IMG/VR virus record: IMGVR_UViG_2627853766_000003
Length of the DNA: 64,000 nucleotides
From: a virus
Taxonomy: Duplodnaviria; Caudoviricetes
Strand: one strand, 5' to 3'
This document shows, piece after piece, positions 19,975 through 28,427 of the stretch. The notes under the pieces were generated by a model. That model searched no databases, had not been told where the DNA came from, and saw only the letters and a program-made list of their open reading frames with translations. The position numbers and the translations under genes were made by a program. Positions within the stretch are counted from its first letter, which is position 1, and every line of letters starts with the position of its first letter.

Positions 19975-19992
19975 TGGTGCCGAGAGCCGGAA
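19975..19992 (-). repeat. att core: 3' end of a tRNA gene (probably tRNA-Leu), no full tRNA here
   Basis: Minus strand TTCCGGCTCTCGGCACCA = end of T-loop, T-stem, acceptor strand and CCA; lies between the satellite integrase and the prophage excisionase. Confidence 0.8.
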
Positions 19993-20029
19993 ACTCGGAT
20001 TGAGCATCTGAGCGGCTCTCGGTGGTGTT

Positions 20030-20049
20030 GGTGTAAATGAGGTGTAGTG
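20030..20049. promoter_or_regulatory. Putative integrase arm-type sites, left end
   Basis: GGTGTAAAT and AGGTGTAGTG; both recur at 63922-63964. Confidence 0.6.
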
Positions 20050-20052
20050 CGG

Positions 20053-20274
20053 TCACTTCACCAGCAGCTTGCGGTCAATCTCCGAGATCGGGATCATGCC
20101 CAAGCCATTGAGGGATAGCCGGCCTTCGCGCACCATGCGGCCGACGGTCTGCGCGCTGATGCCTAGCATCTGCGCCGCCTGAACCTGCGTGACCTGCGAA
20201 GGCCGTGGATGCCGCTCTGCGTAGATTTGAGCGCCCCGTGCAGCGCATTCTATCAAGGTTTGTTGGTCGGTCAT
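20053..20274 (-). CDS. Excisionase-like HTH protein
   Basis: YAERHPRPSQVTQVQAAQMLGISAQTV.RMV..G.L; adjacent to att. Confidence 0.7.
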   Translation of the reverse strand: MTDQQTLIECAARGAQIYAERHPRPSQVTQVQAAQMLGISAQTVGRMVREGRLSLNGLGMIPISEIDRKLLVK

Positions 20275-20275
20275 T

Positions 20276-20881
20276 TTACTCTCCGTCAATGCGTTTAAAT
20301 TCCACCACCCACACCCAAGGATTCGCCATCCAGTCGCCACCAGTTGATTCCCATAAGTCGCACCATTGGTTTTGAAGATCTTTCTCGGCGTCATGCTCGC
20401 GCAATGTCGTAGACAAACCTTCGGCAATGATGTCTTCGGTATTGATGCTCTGCAGACGCTCGACGCGCACCGCGGTGATTTCCAGCAGGATCCGGCTGCA
20501 ATCGCGCGGCATGTGGATTGACGGGATCCGTCCGAACTTGCGCGCCCATGGCCGAGCCTCTGCTGGCTGGTATTCCTTGCCGCGCCATTCGTCGTCGTAG
20601 ACCACGCATGGCTGATCGCCGAAGCCTGGTAAGTCGCAGCCCCAGAAAGACTCGCGTACCCAGAGTCGGTCGCCTGGCTGGCCGTAAGGGCAGTGAATTG
20701 CGATATCTTGCAGTTTCGGCAGCAGTAGCCCGTCGAGTGGACGGCGAAGCCATTCGCCAGTCAGGTTACCGGCACTCGATACTGCCGGCTGCGGCTTCAC
20801 GATCCGGCGCGTCTGGGTCTTGTCGCCGGCGAGCAGCGCGCGCACCATGGCGCCGGTAAATAAGATTGGGCGTTCTTTCAT
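20276..20881 (-). CDS. Conserved phage protein (ASCH/PUA-like)
   Basis: MKERPILF...MVRALL.G.KTQTRR...CPYGQPGDRLWVRE...PSIHMPR..SRI.LEIT.VRVERLQ...NPWVWVVEF. Confidence 0.85.
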   Translation of the reverse strand: MKERPILFTGAMVRALLAGDKTQTRRIVKPQPAVSSAGNLTGEWLRRPLDGLLLPKLQDIAIHCPYGQPGDRLWVRESFWGCDLPGFGDQPCVVYDDEWRGKEYQPAEARPWARKFGRIPSIHMPRDCSRILLEITAVRVERLQSINTEDIIAEGLSTTLREHDAEKDLQNQWCDLWESTGGDWMANPWVWVVEFKRIDGE

Positions 20882-20987
20882 CGCGCTCTCCATTGTTCAA
20901 TAAAATTCTTCGATACCGAGCGCCAAGGACACTCCGCTGGCCGATGCCCTGTGCGCCCGCAGAGGGTGCAGATGTCGTCATGGTCGC

Positions 20988-21440
20988 TCATGATGTGCTC
21001 CGATTCTCGATCTGCAATAGGCCGGCGTCTATTACGTGCTCGACTACCGTTTTCCCGTTTTGCAGCATGATCTGACCAAGAAAGGCACCTTCGAAGCTCA
21101 GCACACCGGTTTCTATAGCCATGATCTGGCCTTTGATCCAGTCACGCAGGATGCTGCAGACACTGATTTCGGCCTGCGCAAGGGCTTTCTTTTCATGATC
21201 GGTCTTCGAGCTGCGTGTGCGCTGGCCGTATGGATGCTCCCGCAACCAGGCCGCAGCGTAGCCGCGATAGCTGGCGCGTGCAGTGACATCCCGGCCGCGA
21301 TGGCTGAATTGCACTAGAAGCTCACCCGCTTCGCTGTCGGTCATGGTGCCGAATCTGCTGCAGCCGAACTTCATTAGTAACTTGCGGATTTCCTCCAGTG
21401 CTGTGCCGCCGCTGGTCGCATTTTCGTATGGCAGGCTCAT
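20988..21440 (-). CDS. Conserved phage protein
   Basis: EEIRKLLMKFGC..FG...ILRDWIKGQ..AIE.G.LSFE.AFL. Confidence 0.75.
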   Translation of the reverse strand: MSLPYENATSGGTALEEIRKLLMKFGCSRFGTMTDSEAGELLVQFSHRGRDVTARASYRGYAAAWLREHPYGQRTRSSKTDHEKKALAQAEISVCSILRDWIKGQIMAIETGVLSFEGAFLGQIMLQNGKTVVEHVIDAGLLQIENRSTS

Positions 21441-21646
21441 GACTTTGGCTCCCAATATTTGCCATCTTTCCCGCATTGTTCTTCCCAGGCACGGTCTTGA
21501 TCTGTCCAGCGCCTATTTATTTTTCCAGAGACAGGATCAATCCCGACGCTTGGGCGCCGGCAGAGCGGGGCATAGCCAAGGATGAAATTCAAAAGATTGA
21601 AGTGCTTGTGTTTACAAGTTGCGCAAATCTTGATGGCTTCGCTCAT
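21437..21646 (-). CDS. Small Cys-rich phage protein
   Basis: C..CKH...C...CGKDGKYWEPK; coupled to neighbours. Confidence 0.6.
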   Translation of the reverse strand: MSEAIKICATCKHKHFNLLNFILGYAPLCRRPSVGIDPVSGKINRRWTDQDRAWEEQCGKDGKYWEPKS

Positions 21647-21846
21647 GATTTTCCCTCCGACTTCTGAAAAACTTCTTCAAGCATCTGATGCGCTGCCTTT
21701 TCCATATCCGGAGCGATGCAGTAGGCGATGATTTTGCGGCATTCATCGCGCCAAATTTGGTTCTGTAGTGAATTCCACTCGGCGCGGATTTCTCGCGTCT
21801 GTTCGGGCGTGTAGCAATTCTTCATGTCGGTGAATTTCATCGTCAT
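21643..21846 (-). CDS. Hypothetical phage protein
   Basis: ATGA coupling in the leftward operon. Confidence 0.5.
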   Translation of the reverse strand: MTMKFTDMKNCYTPEQTREIRAEWNSLQNQIWRDECRKIIAYCIAPDMEKAAHQMLEEVFQKSEGKS

Positions 21847-22361
21847 TCCTTCGGAAGAATTGCGTCGATGCGCGCGATGACCTCACGGGCTTCTTCCAAA
21901 TCGCAAAGTTCGGCTCGACATCCCACCTGGCCTAGATATTCCTTGGCGTCCTTCAACAGCTGGATCATCTCATCACTCAGCGCCGGAGCTGCTGGCGGTG
22001 GCGGGGCGCTCCGTAGATATTTCACCGTATCGTCTATGCAAGTAAGAGTCGCAGGTGAAAATTCCCCGTTCACTTTGAGTAGTTTTAGCAGACGTGCGAT
22101 CTCTTCGCGTTTATTCTCCGCCACTGGCTCCTGCTGCGGCGCGGCCACCACCCTATATTCAGCACTGGCGTGGCTTTCTGGCTGAATGTCGATAGATTGA
22201 CCACCAGCCTGCTGCGGCGCGACCATTGCGGCGCGAGCTGCCTTCCAAATCTCAAAAGCGTTAGCTGGCACATCGACAAACCACCAGTTAGCTTCTGCCC
22301 ATACCTCAAACAGCTTCCGCTCTGCTTCAATATCGATAGCCATAATCACCTCAGAATTCAA
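21843..22361 (-). CDS. Hypothetical phage protein
   Basis: ERKLFEVW...WKAARAA, QQEPVA mosaic motifs typical of early phage genes. Confidence 0.6.
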   Translation of the reverse strand: MNSEVIMAIDIEAERKLFEVWAEANWWFVDVPANAFEIWKAARAAMVAPQQAGGQSIDIQPESHASAEYRVVAAPQQEPVAENKREEIARLLKLLKVNGEFSPATLTCIDDTVKYLRSAPPPPAAPALSDEMIQLLKDAKEYLGQVGCRAELCDLEEAREVIARIDAILPKE

Positions 22362-22448
22362 GAAACATGTATGCGGCCAGCGTCAGGCCGGCGGCGAAGA
22401 GAAGCGCGTAGAACGAGTTCTCGGATAGGGTTTTTAGTTGGCGGGAGG

Positions 22449-23387
22449 TCATATGATTTCCATCACGGTTTCGATAAAGATTTTTGCTTGCTCAGCGTTG
22501 ATCGCGTTGCCGTAGGCGCGCAGTCGTCCCACTCTTGCGGTAGCCCCATGAGCCAGCGGGAATGTGCCGGGTTCAACTGGCCGGAATTTTCCATCCCTGC
22601 ATCCAAGCCAGTCAGCAGCACGCCAGTAACCGTTAGTCGGACCGGCTGCGTTTTCAGAAATCCAATATGTGTTTGCGATGCAAGCCCCATGTTGACCTTG
22701 CGGCCGCTGGGGTGTCGCCCCGTCATTGATGTCTCTGGATGTGGGCGTTTTCCCCCATTGCCGTCCGATGAGCACGGGGTGTTCCAACCCGCTAGAGATG
22801 CTGCTTCCTGCATCATCATTCCGCCGGCGTTGCGGGCTTCCCGGTTTTCGGCCGTATCGACCCCTGACTTGTAATCTCGTCGCGTAGGAGTCGGCCACCC
22901 AGTACGTTCTGTCTCGGATGTGCGGCGCACCGACGCCCGCAGACGGAAACGGGACCGCCCCGAAGGGGTAACCCAAGGCTTCCATGTCATCTTGTACAAG
23001 GTCGATCCAAGCATCTGCGTCTTTGCTCGCAACCTGCTCTCCAAGGATGATTGGAGGCTTGCACTCGCTGATGAGGTGATACCAGGCCGGCCAGAGGTGC
23101 CGCTCGTCATCAAAGCCAGCTCCTTTGCCTGCCGCGCTGAAAGGTTGGCAAGGACAGGAACCGGTCCAAACAGGTCGATCGTCGGTCCAGCCGGCGCGCC
23201 GAAGGGCGTATGCCCAGACTCCGACGCCGGCGAAGAAGTGGCATTGTGTGTATCCGCGAATATCTTCTGGTCTAACATCTTCAATGCTCCGTTCATCGAC
23301 ATCACCGGGGGCGATGTGCCCCCCCCCAATCAGGTTACGCAGCCACTGTGCTGCGTAGGGATCAATTTCGTTGTAGTAGGCGGCCAT
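22449..23387 (-). CDS. C5 cytosine DNA methyltransferase, catalytic polypeptide
   Basis: YNEID, FFAGVG, GSCPCQPFS, EQV, RDRTYWV, RLRAYGNAI. Confidence 0.9.
   Translation of the reverse strand: MAAYYNEIDPYAAQWLRNLIGGGHIAPGDVDERSIEDVRPEDIRGYTQCHFFAGVGVWAYALRRAGWTDDRPVWTGSCPCQPFSAAGKGAGFDDERHLWPAWYHLISECKPPIILGEQVASKDADAWIDLVQDDMEALGYPFGAVPFPSAGVGAPHIRDRTYWVADSYATRLQVRGRYGRKPGSPQRRRNDDAGSSISSGLEHPVLIGRQWGKTPTSRDINDGATPQRPQGQHGACIANTYWISENAAGPTNGYWRAADWLGCRDGKFRPVEPGTFPLAHGATARVGRLRAYGNAINAEQAKIFIETVMEII
22463..23329 (-). CDS. Overlapping alternate-frame ORF, probable second MTase polypeptide (TRD plus motif IX-like)
   Basis: 288 codons open inside the MTase gene; GWPTP..D and GWNTP..D repeats, GQLNPAHSRWLMGLPQEW. 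Confidence 0.7.
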   Translation of the reverse strand: MGGGTSPPVMSMNGALKMLDQKIFADTHNATSSPASESGHTPFGAPAGPTIDLFGPVPVLANLSARQAKELALMTSGTSGRPGITSSASASLQSSLESRLRAKTQMLGSTLYKMTWKPWVTPSGRSRFRLRASVRRTSETERTGWPTPTRRDYKSGVDTAENREARNAGGMMMQEAASLAGWNTPCSSDGNGGKRPHPETSMTGRHPSGRKVNMGLASQTHIGFLKTQPVRLTVTGVLLTGLDAGMENSGQLNPAHSRWLMGLPQEWDDCAPTATRSTLSKQKSLSKP

Positions 23388-23393
23388 TGGCGG

Positions 23394-23564
23394 TCACGCT
23401 GCCTTGAGATGCTGCGCCACCTCAACCCGCTCCACCAGCGCAATGATGGCCTCTGGCACCGCAAACAGTTCCAGCTCGGCGACGATCCTGTCGCGCATCT
23501 CCTGGGCGCCGAACCTGACGCCCTCGCGGTTCGCCTGCATGATCTTCTGGGCTTCGGTGGTCAT
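23394..23564 (-). CDS. Small hypothetical protein (56 aa, not in the ORF track)
   Basis: MTTEAQKIMQANREGVRFGAQEMRDRIVAEL...HLKAA; AAGGA RBS. Confidence 0.55.
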   Translation of the reverse strand: MTTEAQKIMQANREGVRFGAQEMRDRIVAELELFAVPEAIIALVERVEVAQHLKAA

Positions 23565-23720
23565 AATTTTTCCTTAGCAAGTAGGACACGTTCTTTTTCT
23601 GCGCGCTGGATAAGAACGCATTCAGCGTGGATAGTGCGCCATCCCCCGGCATGTCTCTCAAAGTGCCCGGCACCTTTGGCAACCTGCTGTTGGCAGCGAT
23701 AGCAAATGCCGGGAAATTTA

Positions 23721-24107
23721 TTACGCATCGCTGTCTTTGGCGGCCAACCTCGCAGAGGAACTCATGTTCTCGTCCGTAAGTTCTACGCGTCGCGCCCATA
23801 CCCAATAAGGTCCGTCTTCGGTGTCTTGAATCCAGATAGTGAACCAACCGTCACCAGCCGGTGACGCTGGTTCCCATGCGCTGATGTCAGGGTTACCATG
23901 CTCAAAATAGCTGTCAAATGCAGGATGGGTGTCATTCTCTCCTTCGAGCATTTTGTACTTGGTGAGTAGTCCTTGGCTATTCAACCAAGCTTTGTATTGA
24001 GCATCCTCACCCTCATCAAAATCTGGCATGTCTGGGTGTGTCCAGTAGCCGTACCCATCTCGTTTTACTTCTACTGCTTGGATAACTGTCGTCATGCTCA
24101 TCTCCAT
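23721..24107 (-). CDS. Conserved phage protein
   Basis: RDGYGYWTHP...WEP..P.GDGWF...I.DTEDGP. Confidence 0.75.
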   Translation of the reverse strand: MEMSMTTVIQAVEVKRDGYGYWTHPDMPDFDEGEDAQYKAWLNSQGLLTKYKMLEGENDTHPAFDSYFEHGNPDISAWEPASPAGDGWFTIWIQDTEDGPYWVWARRVELTDENMSSSARLAAKDSDA

Positions 24108-24122
24108 AAAATTGGTGTTGCT

Positions 24123-24261
24123 GCCAATGCGACTGCGGTCTGGAATCGAACCAAAGTCTTACGTCTTTCGCTACTCTGGATAGTCGCCGTGGCCTTTGGC
24201 GTAGTTTCCATTTCACTACTTCGCATATGCTCTACCACTGAGCTACCGCATGCGTATTGGC
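24123..24261 (-). ncRNA. tRNA-like structured RNA with extended acceptor stem and expanded anticodon arm
   Basis: Minus strand: TAGCTCAGTGGTAGAGCA (D arm), TTTGG-TTCGATT-CCAGA (T arm), closing stem GCCAATACGCATGCGG/CCGCAGTCGCATTGGC; intergenic. Confidence 0.7.
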
Positions 24262-24291
24262 TCCGCGCGCACCCGGCGCGGATCGGGGTGG

Positions 24292-24804
24292 TTATTTCGG
24301 TAGAAATAGTTCAGCAGTTGTTGTCGGTGCCGGCGGCTCAATGGTGATCTCGATGTCCTGCTGGATCCGGTCGCAGAGTAGGCCGACCACATCGGTATCC
24401 GGGTGCGCGATGATGCGGAAGCCGGTCACCACGGTGCCGCCGTTCTGTGGGTCGAACACGAACTTGTCGACCTTGCAGTCGTGCAGCACGATGTCGCTAT
24501 CGCCGCCCAGGCCATAGTCGACCGTGACCTTGTAGCCGGTGCCTTCGAAATCCCATTTGATCGCGCCCATCTTTGGAAAGCGTGGCTGTGTCGGCGATTC
24601 CGGATCGGCCTGCTCGGCCAGGTCGGGATCGTCCGGCGCCTTGTAAAGGAAGTCGCGCAGCTCGGCGCTGAACTGTTTCAGGATCTCGCCGCTCAGGTTC
24701 GCCCGGATGGACAGGTCGACGGCAATCTGATGCTCGTCGCCGTGCAGTTCTGCGCGCGGATTGACATTAGTCAGGCCGACCTGCGTTTTCGTCAATTCAA
24801 ACAT
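24292..24804 (-). CDS. Conserved phage protein
   Basis: NVNPRAELHGDE...AVDL; AAAGGA RBS. Confidence 0.75.
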   Translation of the reverse strand: MFELTKTQVGLTNVNPRAELHGDEHQIAVDLSIRANLSGEILKQFSAELRDFLYKAPDDPDLAEQADPESPTQPRFPKMGAIKWDFEGTGYKVTVDYGLGGDSDIVLHDCKVDKFVFDPQNGGTVVTGFRIIAHPDTDVVGLLCDRIQQDIEITIEPPAPTTTAELFLPK

Positions 24805-25027
24805 GGTGTTCCTTTCTGGTCATAAATTCAAAGTAGGGCCTACGGATAAACTGGTGGAACCTGGTGGCAGCGCTCTCGTCGCGGTCGATATCTCCGCGCG
24901 AGGTTACATGGCAGATCGAGCGCACTGCCCGGGTGGCTTCGACCTCGCTGTCGACGTGCAGAAATGCCTGGAAATCGGGCTCGCGGCAGCGGAGGGCGAG
25001 CCAGGTCGATAAACGTTGGGCGGTCAT
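24797..25027 (-). CDS. Hypothetical phage protein
   Basis: C.EP.FQAFL...A...VR.IC.V.SR.DID...AA.RF...R.P. Confidence 0.65.
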   Translation of the reverse strand: MTAQRLSTWLALRCREPDFQAFLHVDSEVEATRAVRSICHVTSRGDIDRDESAATRFHQFIRRPYFEFMTRKEHHV

Positions 25028-25653
25028 TGCACTACCTCATATTTTTCAAGCAAGCGCGCCACGTTATCGTTTATTTCCTTGATTGCGCTGACGATGTGCG
25101 CTTCCATGGCATCGATAAATTTCTGGTCGCGCTCGATGCGCTGAATGTAGAGCTTCATTCCTTCGGGGAAGGCCGGATGCCAGGAAACAAAATCCCACCA
25201 CTGGCGACCGGTCACGAACATACCGCCTTGGCACTGGGCCATATGATCGGCAGGCATGCCGTAGAGCAGCGTGGCCATGTGAACCGCTGGCGTGTATGGC
25301 GACTTCGCCTCAAAGCCGCCATCGGCGTCTATCAGGCCATCCGGCGATGCGCCACATTGCAAGATGGTAGGGTGGTCAATGAATCCGACTTCTTCAACGA
25401 ATGCGCCTGTAGCTGTTTCGTATGCCATGCGCGCGAACGGCTCTTGCTCATTGCCCCAATCAGTAGCCTTGCTGGTCCACATTGGTCCAGGCTGGCCGGT
25501 CAACAATTCAAGCGTGATTTCAGTGATCGCAGTCTCGCGCGATTTTAGAAAATTACCATTCTTGCCCATGGCAATGACATCACCAAAACGCGATCCGGTG
25601 ACCTTGCCAAGCCTGCTCAAGAACCATTCTTCGTTTTGTTGAGTGCGTTCCAT
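25024..25653 (-). CDS. YqaJ/lambda-exonuclease family recombination nuclease
   Basis: W...RLGKVTGS, WG...EP.AR, GASPDGL, EAKSP, Q.QG. Confidence 0.9.
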   Translation of the reverse strand: MERTQQNEEWFLSRLGKVTGSRFGDVIAMGKNGNFLKSRETAITEITLELLTGQPGPMWTSKATDWGNEQEPFARMAYETATGAFVEEVGFIDHPTILQCGASPDGLIDADGGFEAKSPYTPAVHMATLLYGMPADHMAQCQGGMFVTGRQWWDFVSWHPAFPEGMKLYIQRIERDQKFIDAMEAHIVSAIKEINDNVARLLEKYEVVQ

Positions 25654-25655
25654 GA

Positions 25656-26645
25656 TCAGTCGCCGCCTTGAACATAGCCGCCGGCTTCATCCATAGCCGC
25701 CACGAAGTCAGGATCAGCCGCAGGAGCTGCGCTGGTGGTGCTAGCTGGCATATCTACAGTCCGAGCTTCGTCGGCGCTGCGTAGGGCCGCACGATGCCGC
25801 GCAACGGCTTCTTTCAGCTTGGTATGGTCGGCAGGCTGCTTACCGAGCTTGGCATTGTTGGATTTCCAGTAGGCGAGAGCGTCGGCATCGGTCTTGGTGC
25901 GCGTGGCCTCAACTATCATCGGCTCGACGTCAATCCAGTTCGCGCCGCGCTCCTGGGCATTGAAGTCGATACCTTCGCCGCTCTCGGTGTTGAGCATGTG
26001 AATGGCTTGCGCCAGGCGTTCGGTCTTCGGCCACATCTTGTAGGCCCTTTTGATGACCGTCTTCTTTGCCATCTCGTTGTAGTCGGTCTTCCAAGGTCCA
26101 GAACCCTTCTTGCCGGATTCGGAACGCTGCTTGATGGCATCGACCTCGGCCAGGGTCATGGTGGTGGTCAGGTAGTCGCCGATGTTCGTCTTGACGACCA
26201 CATACACGCCGACCATATCGCCGCGGTCCATGCCGAACGGATCATAGGCATGCTCTGGCTCTTTATCGAAGCCGTTCAACGTGAAACGGTCACTCGAATA
26301 AACCACCTCGGACCGGCCCCACATGATCGAGCCGGAATCGATAGCCAGGTCGAGCAAGCCCATATAGCTGATGTCGAGGCAAATCTTGCCCCCGCGCGGC
26401 ACCAGATATGCCTGCTTCTTCGCTGGGTTCAAGCTGATCCCGATGGCGGCAATGTTCGTCACGGCGTCGACAACGGACTGGCGATTCTTGGCCGCCGTGC
26501 TGAGCGCATAATCGTTGCCACCCAATACCTGAATGGCGAAACCGGCTTCACGTTCGAAATTGAGCGACTTGTCGGCCAGCACCGTCGAGAACTTGTCCCG
26601 AGTGCCGTAGATGTCTTCCGTGATAAGTGTAAGTGCGTTTGACAT
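25656..26645 (-). CDS. recT: RecT-family single-strand annealing protein
   Basis: GISLNP....AYLVPR...ISYMGL...GPW.TDY.EMAKKTVIKR. Confidence 0.9.
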   Translation of the reverse strand: MSNALTLITEDIYGTRDKFSTVLADKSLNFEREAGFAIQVLGGNDYALSTAAKNRQSVVDAVTNIAAIGISLNPAKKQAYLVPRGGKICLDISYMGLLDLAIDSGSIMWGRSEVVYSSDRFTLNGFDKEPEHAYDPFGMDRGDMVGVYVVVKTNIGDYLTTTMTLAEVDAIKQRSESGKKGSGPWKTDYNEMAKKTVIKRAYKMWPKTERLAQAIHMLNTESGEGIDFNAQERGANWIDVEPMIVEATRTKTDADALAYWKSNNAKLGKQPADHTKLKEAVARHRAALRSADEARTVDMPASTTSAAPAADPDFVAAMDEAGGYVQGGD

Positions 26646-26659
26646 GATTTTCCTGTGGG

Positions 26660-26959
26660 TCAGTTAATTTGTGGGCGGCGCAGCTCGCCCTTGCAAGCGC
26701 GCTCAAATGCGATCTTGGAATCTTCCGGCCAGCCATCGGCTTGACAGAGATGCGCCACCTGCCGCTGGACATCAATCTCTTCGGCGGTCGGCGCGGCGTA
26801 GTCACCCGCATTCGTGCAAACAGCATTCGCAAAGCCGATGCCGGTGATGACGGCCATGGCGCAGAGGAAGTCACGTATCTTAAGAAACCTGCTTGACGTG
26901 ATCTTGTGGCCGAAAATAGCGACGTAATCTTCGCCGTAGGTTTCTTCGTAGTTTTTCAT
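26660..26959 (-). CDS. Hypothetical phage membrane protein
   Basis: One hydrophobic segment; RBS present. Confidence 0.5.
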   Translation of the reverse strand: MKNYEETYGEDYVAIFGHKITSSRFLKIRDFLCAMAVITGIGFANAVCTNAGDYAAPTAEEIDVQRQVAHLCQADGWPEDSKIAFERACKGELRRPQIN

Positions 26960-27114
26960 GATCTATTCCTATTTCGCGTTCAAAAACATCTTCATCTGCC
27001 GCAGGACTTGGCTCGTCTCGCTGCGCACTACATCGTCCGGCTTCGGCGCATCTTTCGGCCGGCGCGCTATCTTCATCGCTATGCGCTTCGAGAGCAGGCG
27101 GTGGGAAGTGTTGG

Positions 27115-27498
27115 TCATGGATGGATCCCGATTGGTGCTTTCGGCAATGGCATCCAATAAGTAACATGCGAAAATTTTCTCAATGGATGTCCACTAGAAA
27201 GCTGCCCTTGCTGCCAGTCCGCATATCCTTCACTGTCAATGCTTCGTAGACTGGCGGCAGTAATAATAGTCACTGGAATAGTCTGCTGATCGAACCAGTC
27301 GCCAGTGCGAAGGTCGATAAAAACTGCGCACCATTCTCCAATCTTGGGGAGGCGGTCATCAACGCTAACCCAACCATCCGAATCGCACGAATTTTCATCA
27401 ATTCCAAAGAGGTCAGCATCGCGCTTCATCTCCGCAAACTCAGCAGCCTCGACGCCAAGGGCCGCGTAGTGCACTAACTGCTCGGGGGTGGCGGTCAT
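27115..27498 (-). CDS. DUF551-like phage protein
   Basis: WVSVDDRLP...VTYWMPLPKAP. Confidence 0.8.
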   Translation of the reverse strand: MTATPEQLVHYAALGVEAAEFAEMKRDADLFGIDENSCDSDGWVSVDDRLPKIGEWCAVFIDLRTGDWFDQQTIPVTIITAASLRSIDSEGYADWQQGQLSSGHPLRKFSHVTYWMPLPKAPIGIHP

Positions 27499-28058
27499 GC
27501 TGCCTCCGCTTTGGCGAGGGCGGCGCGGACTTTAGCTCTTGCCATAAATTGTTTGAGCGCTTGTTTTGATACCCCATATTGAGCACTCACAAAACTAAGA
27601 GATTGACCGCTTGCAATGCGCACCTCTATTTCAGGAATATCTGAATGAGGAATAATTGACTTGCCTTCACACCCAGCAGACCAAGTATTCAGGCGACCAT
27701 TGCGACGGCCATTTTCAATGCAAATTTCTGGCTTGGTTTGCGATGTATGACGTCCTTTACGGACTGCATCTTGCTGGTTATCTTTGTGCGTTCCGAGAAA
27801 CAAGTGGCTTGGATTGACGCACACCCCAATATCGCAGGTATGGCAGACAAGGAAACCTTCTGGGATTGGGCCTTTAAAAAGCTCATAAGAAACTCGATAA
27901 GCCAATCGCGAAGTTGCCTTGTCGCGTATTTGTGGCCGCTCATCTCCATTTCTTCCGCGCTTTACTGAGCCGATCCAAATCCAGCAACCAGCGATAGGAA
28001 CTGGAGTCCATTTGGCGTTAAAACGATCAGTCAATGACGTGTACTGATTACTCATCAC
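27495..28058 (-). CDS. HNH homing-type endonuclease
   Basis: CWIW.G...AYRVSY....GPIP.G..VCHTCD...CVNPSHLFLGT..DN..D. Confidence 0.9.
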   Translation of the reverse strand: MMSNQYTSLTDRFNAKWTPVPIAGCWIWIGSVKRGRNGDERPQIRDKATSRLAYRVSYELFKGPIPEGFLVCHTCDIGVCVNPSHLFLGTHKDNQQDAVRKGRHTSQTKPEICIENGRRNGRLNTWSAGCEGKSIIPHSDIPEIEVRIASGQSLSFVSAQYGVSKQALKQFMARAKVRAALAKAEAA

Positions 28059-28086
28059 ATCTCCTTAGAATTAGTTGCTGATTTAT

Positions 28087-28296
28087 TTAATCGATTGCGG
28101 AAACAGTCCAGCAAAACGATTCCCAGCGATGCACTGTTGGATAGCGGTCACTCAGCAACTTGATGTAGCGAATTTCTCGATTGCCTGGAGCAATAGCTTC
28201 TGCATCGGCCGGCTGATCTGGCCAGCATTCGTCATACCGAAGCATGTCGATAGGAAAGTCGCCAGAACCCTTAACCGTGTAGATGTGCTTTGCCAT
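28087..28296 (-). CDS. Conserved small phage protein, early in the leftward operon
   Basis: V.G.G.FPIDMLRYD.CWP...PT..RWESF.W; AAGGA RBS. Confidence 0.7.
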   Translation of the reverse strand: MAKHIYTVKGSGDFPIDMLRYDECWPDQPADAEAIAPGNREIRYIKLLSDRYPTVHRWESFCWTVSAID

Positions 28297-28427
28297 TTCG
28301 ATTTCCTTGTTGAATTAGGGGGCCGGACCACCGTGGATAATTCCGGCACTTCGTTTCTGCTGCCGCAGCCGATGAAGGAAACACCCAACTCTCACAACAC
28401 ATGGCCTACGCGGTACTTGGTATCGAA

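Larger units (their letters stand above)
3700..19992 (-). mobile_element. Integrated phage-satellite-like island (left boundary uncertain)
   Basis: P4-type integrase next to a tRNA 3'-end remnant, AlpA, replication pair, HGGxSTG-like gene; no capsid, portal or large terminase gene. Confidence 0.7.

Noticed and set aside
19975-19992. Complete tRNA gene
   Set aside because: Only the last 18 nt are present; the upstream sequence has no D or anticodon arm.
24123-24261. Functional tRNA gene or intron-containing tRNA
   Set aside because: No 7-nt anticodon loop, no correctly placed CCA, and the insert is too short for a self-splicing intron; reported as a tRNA-like RNA instead.
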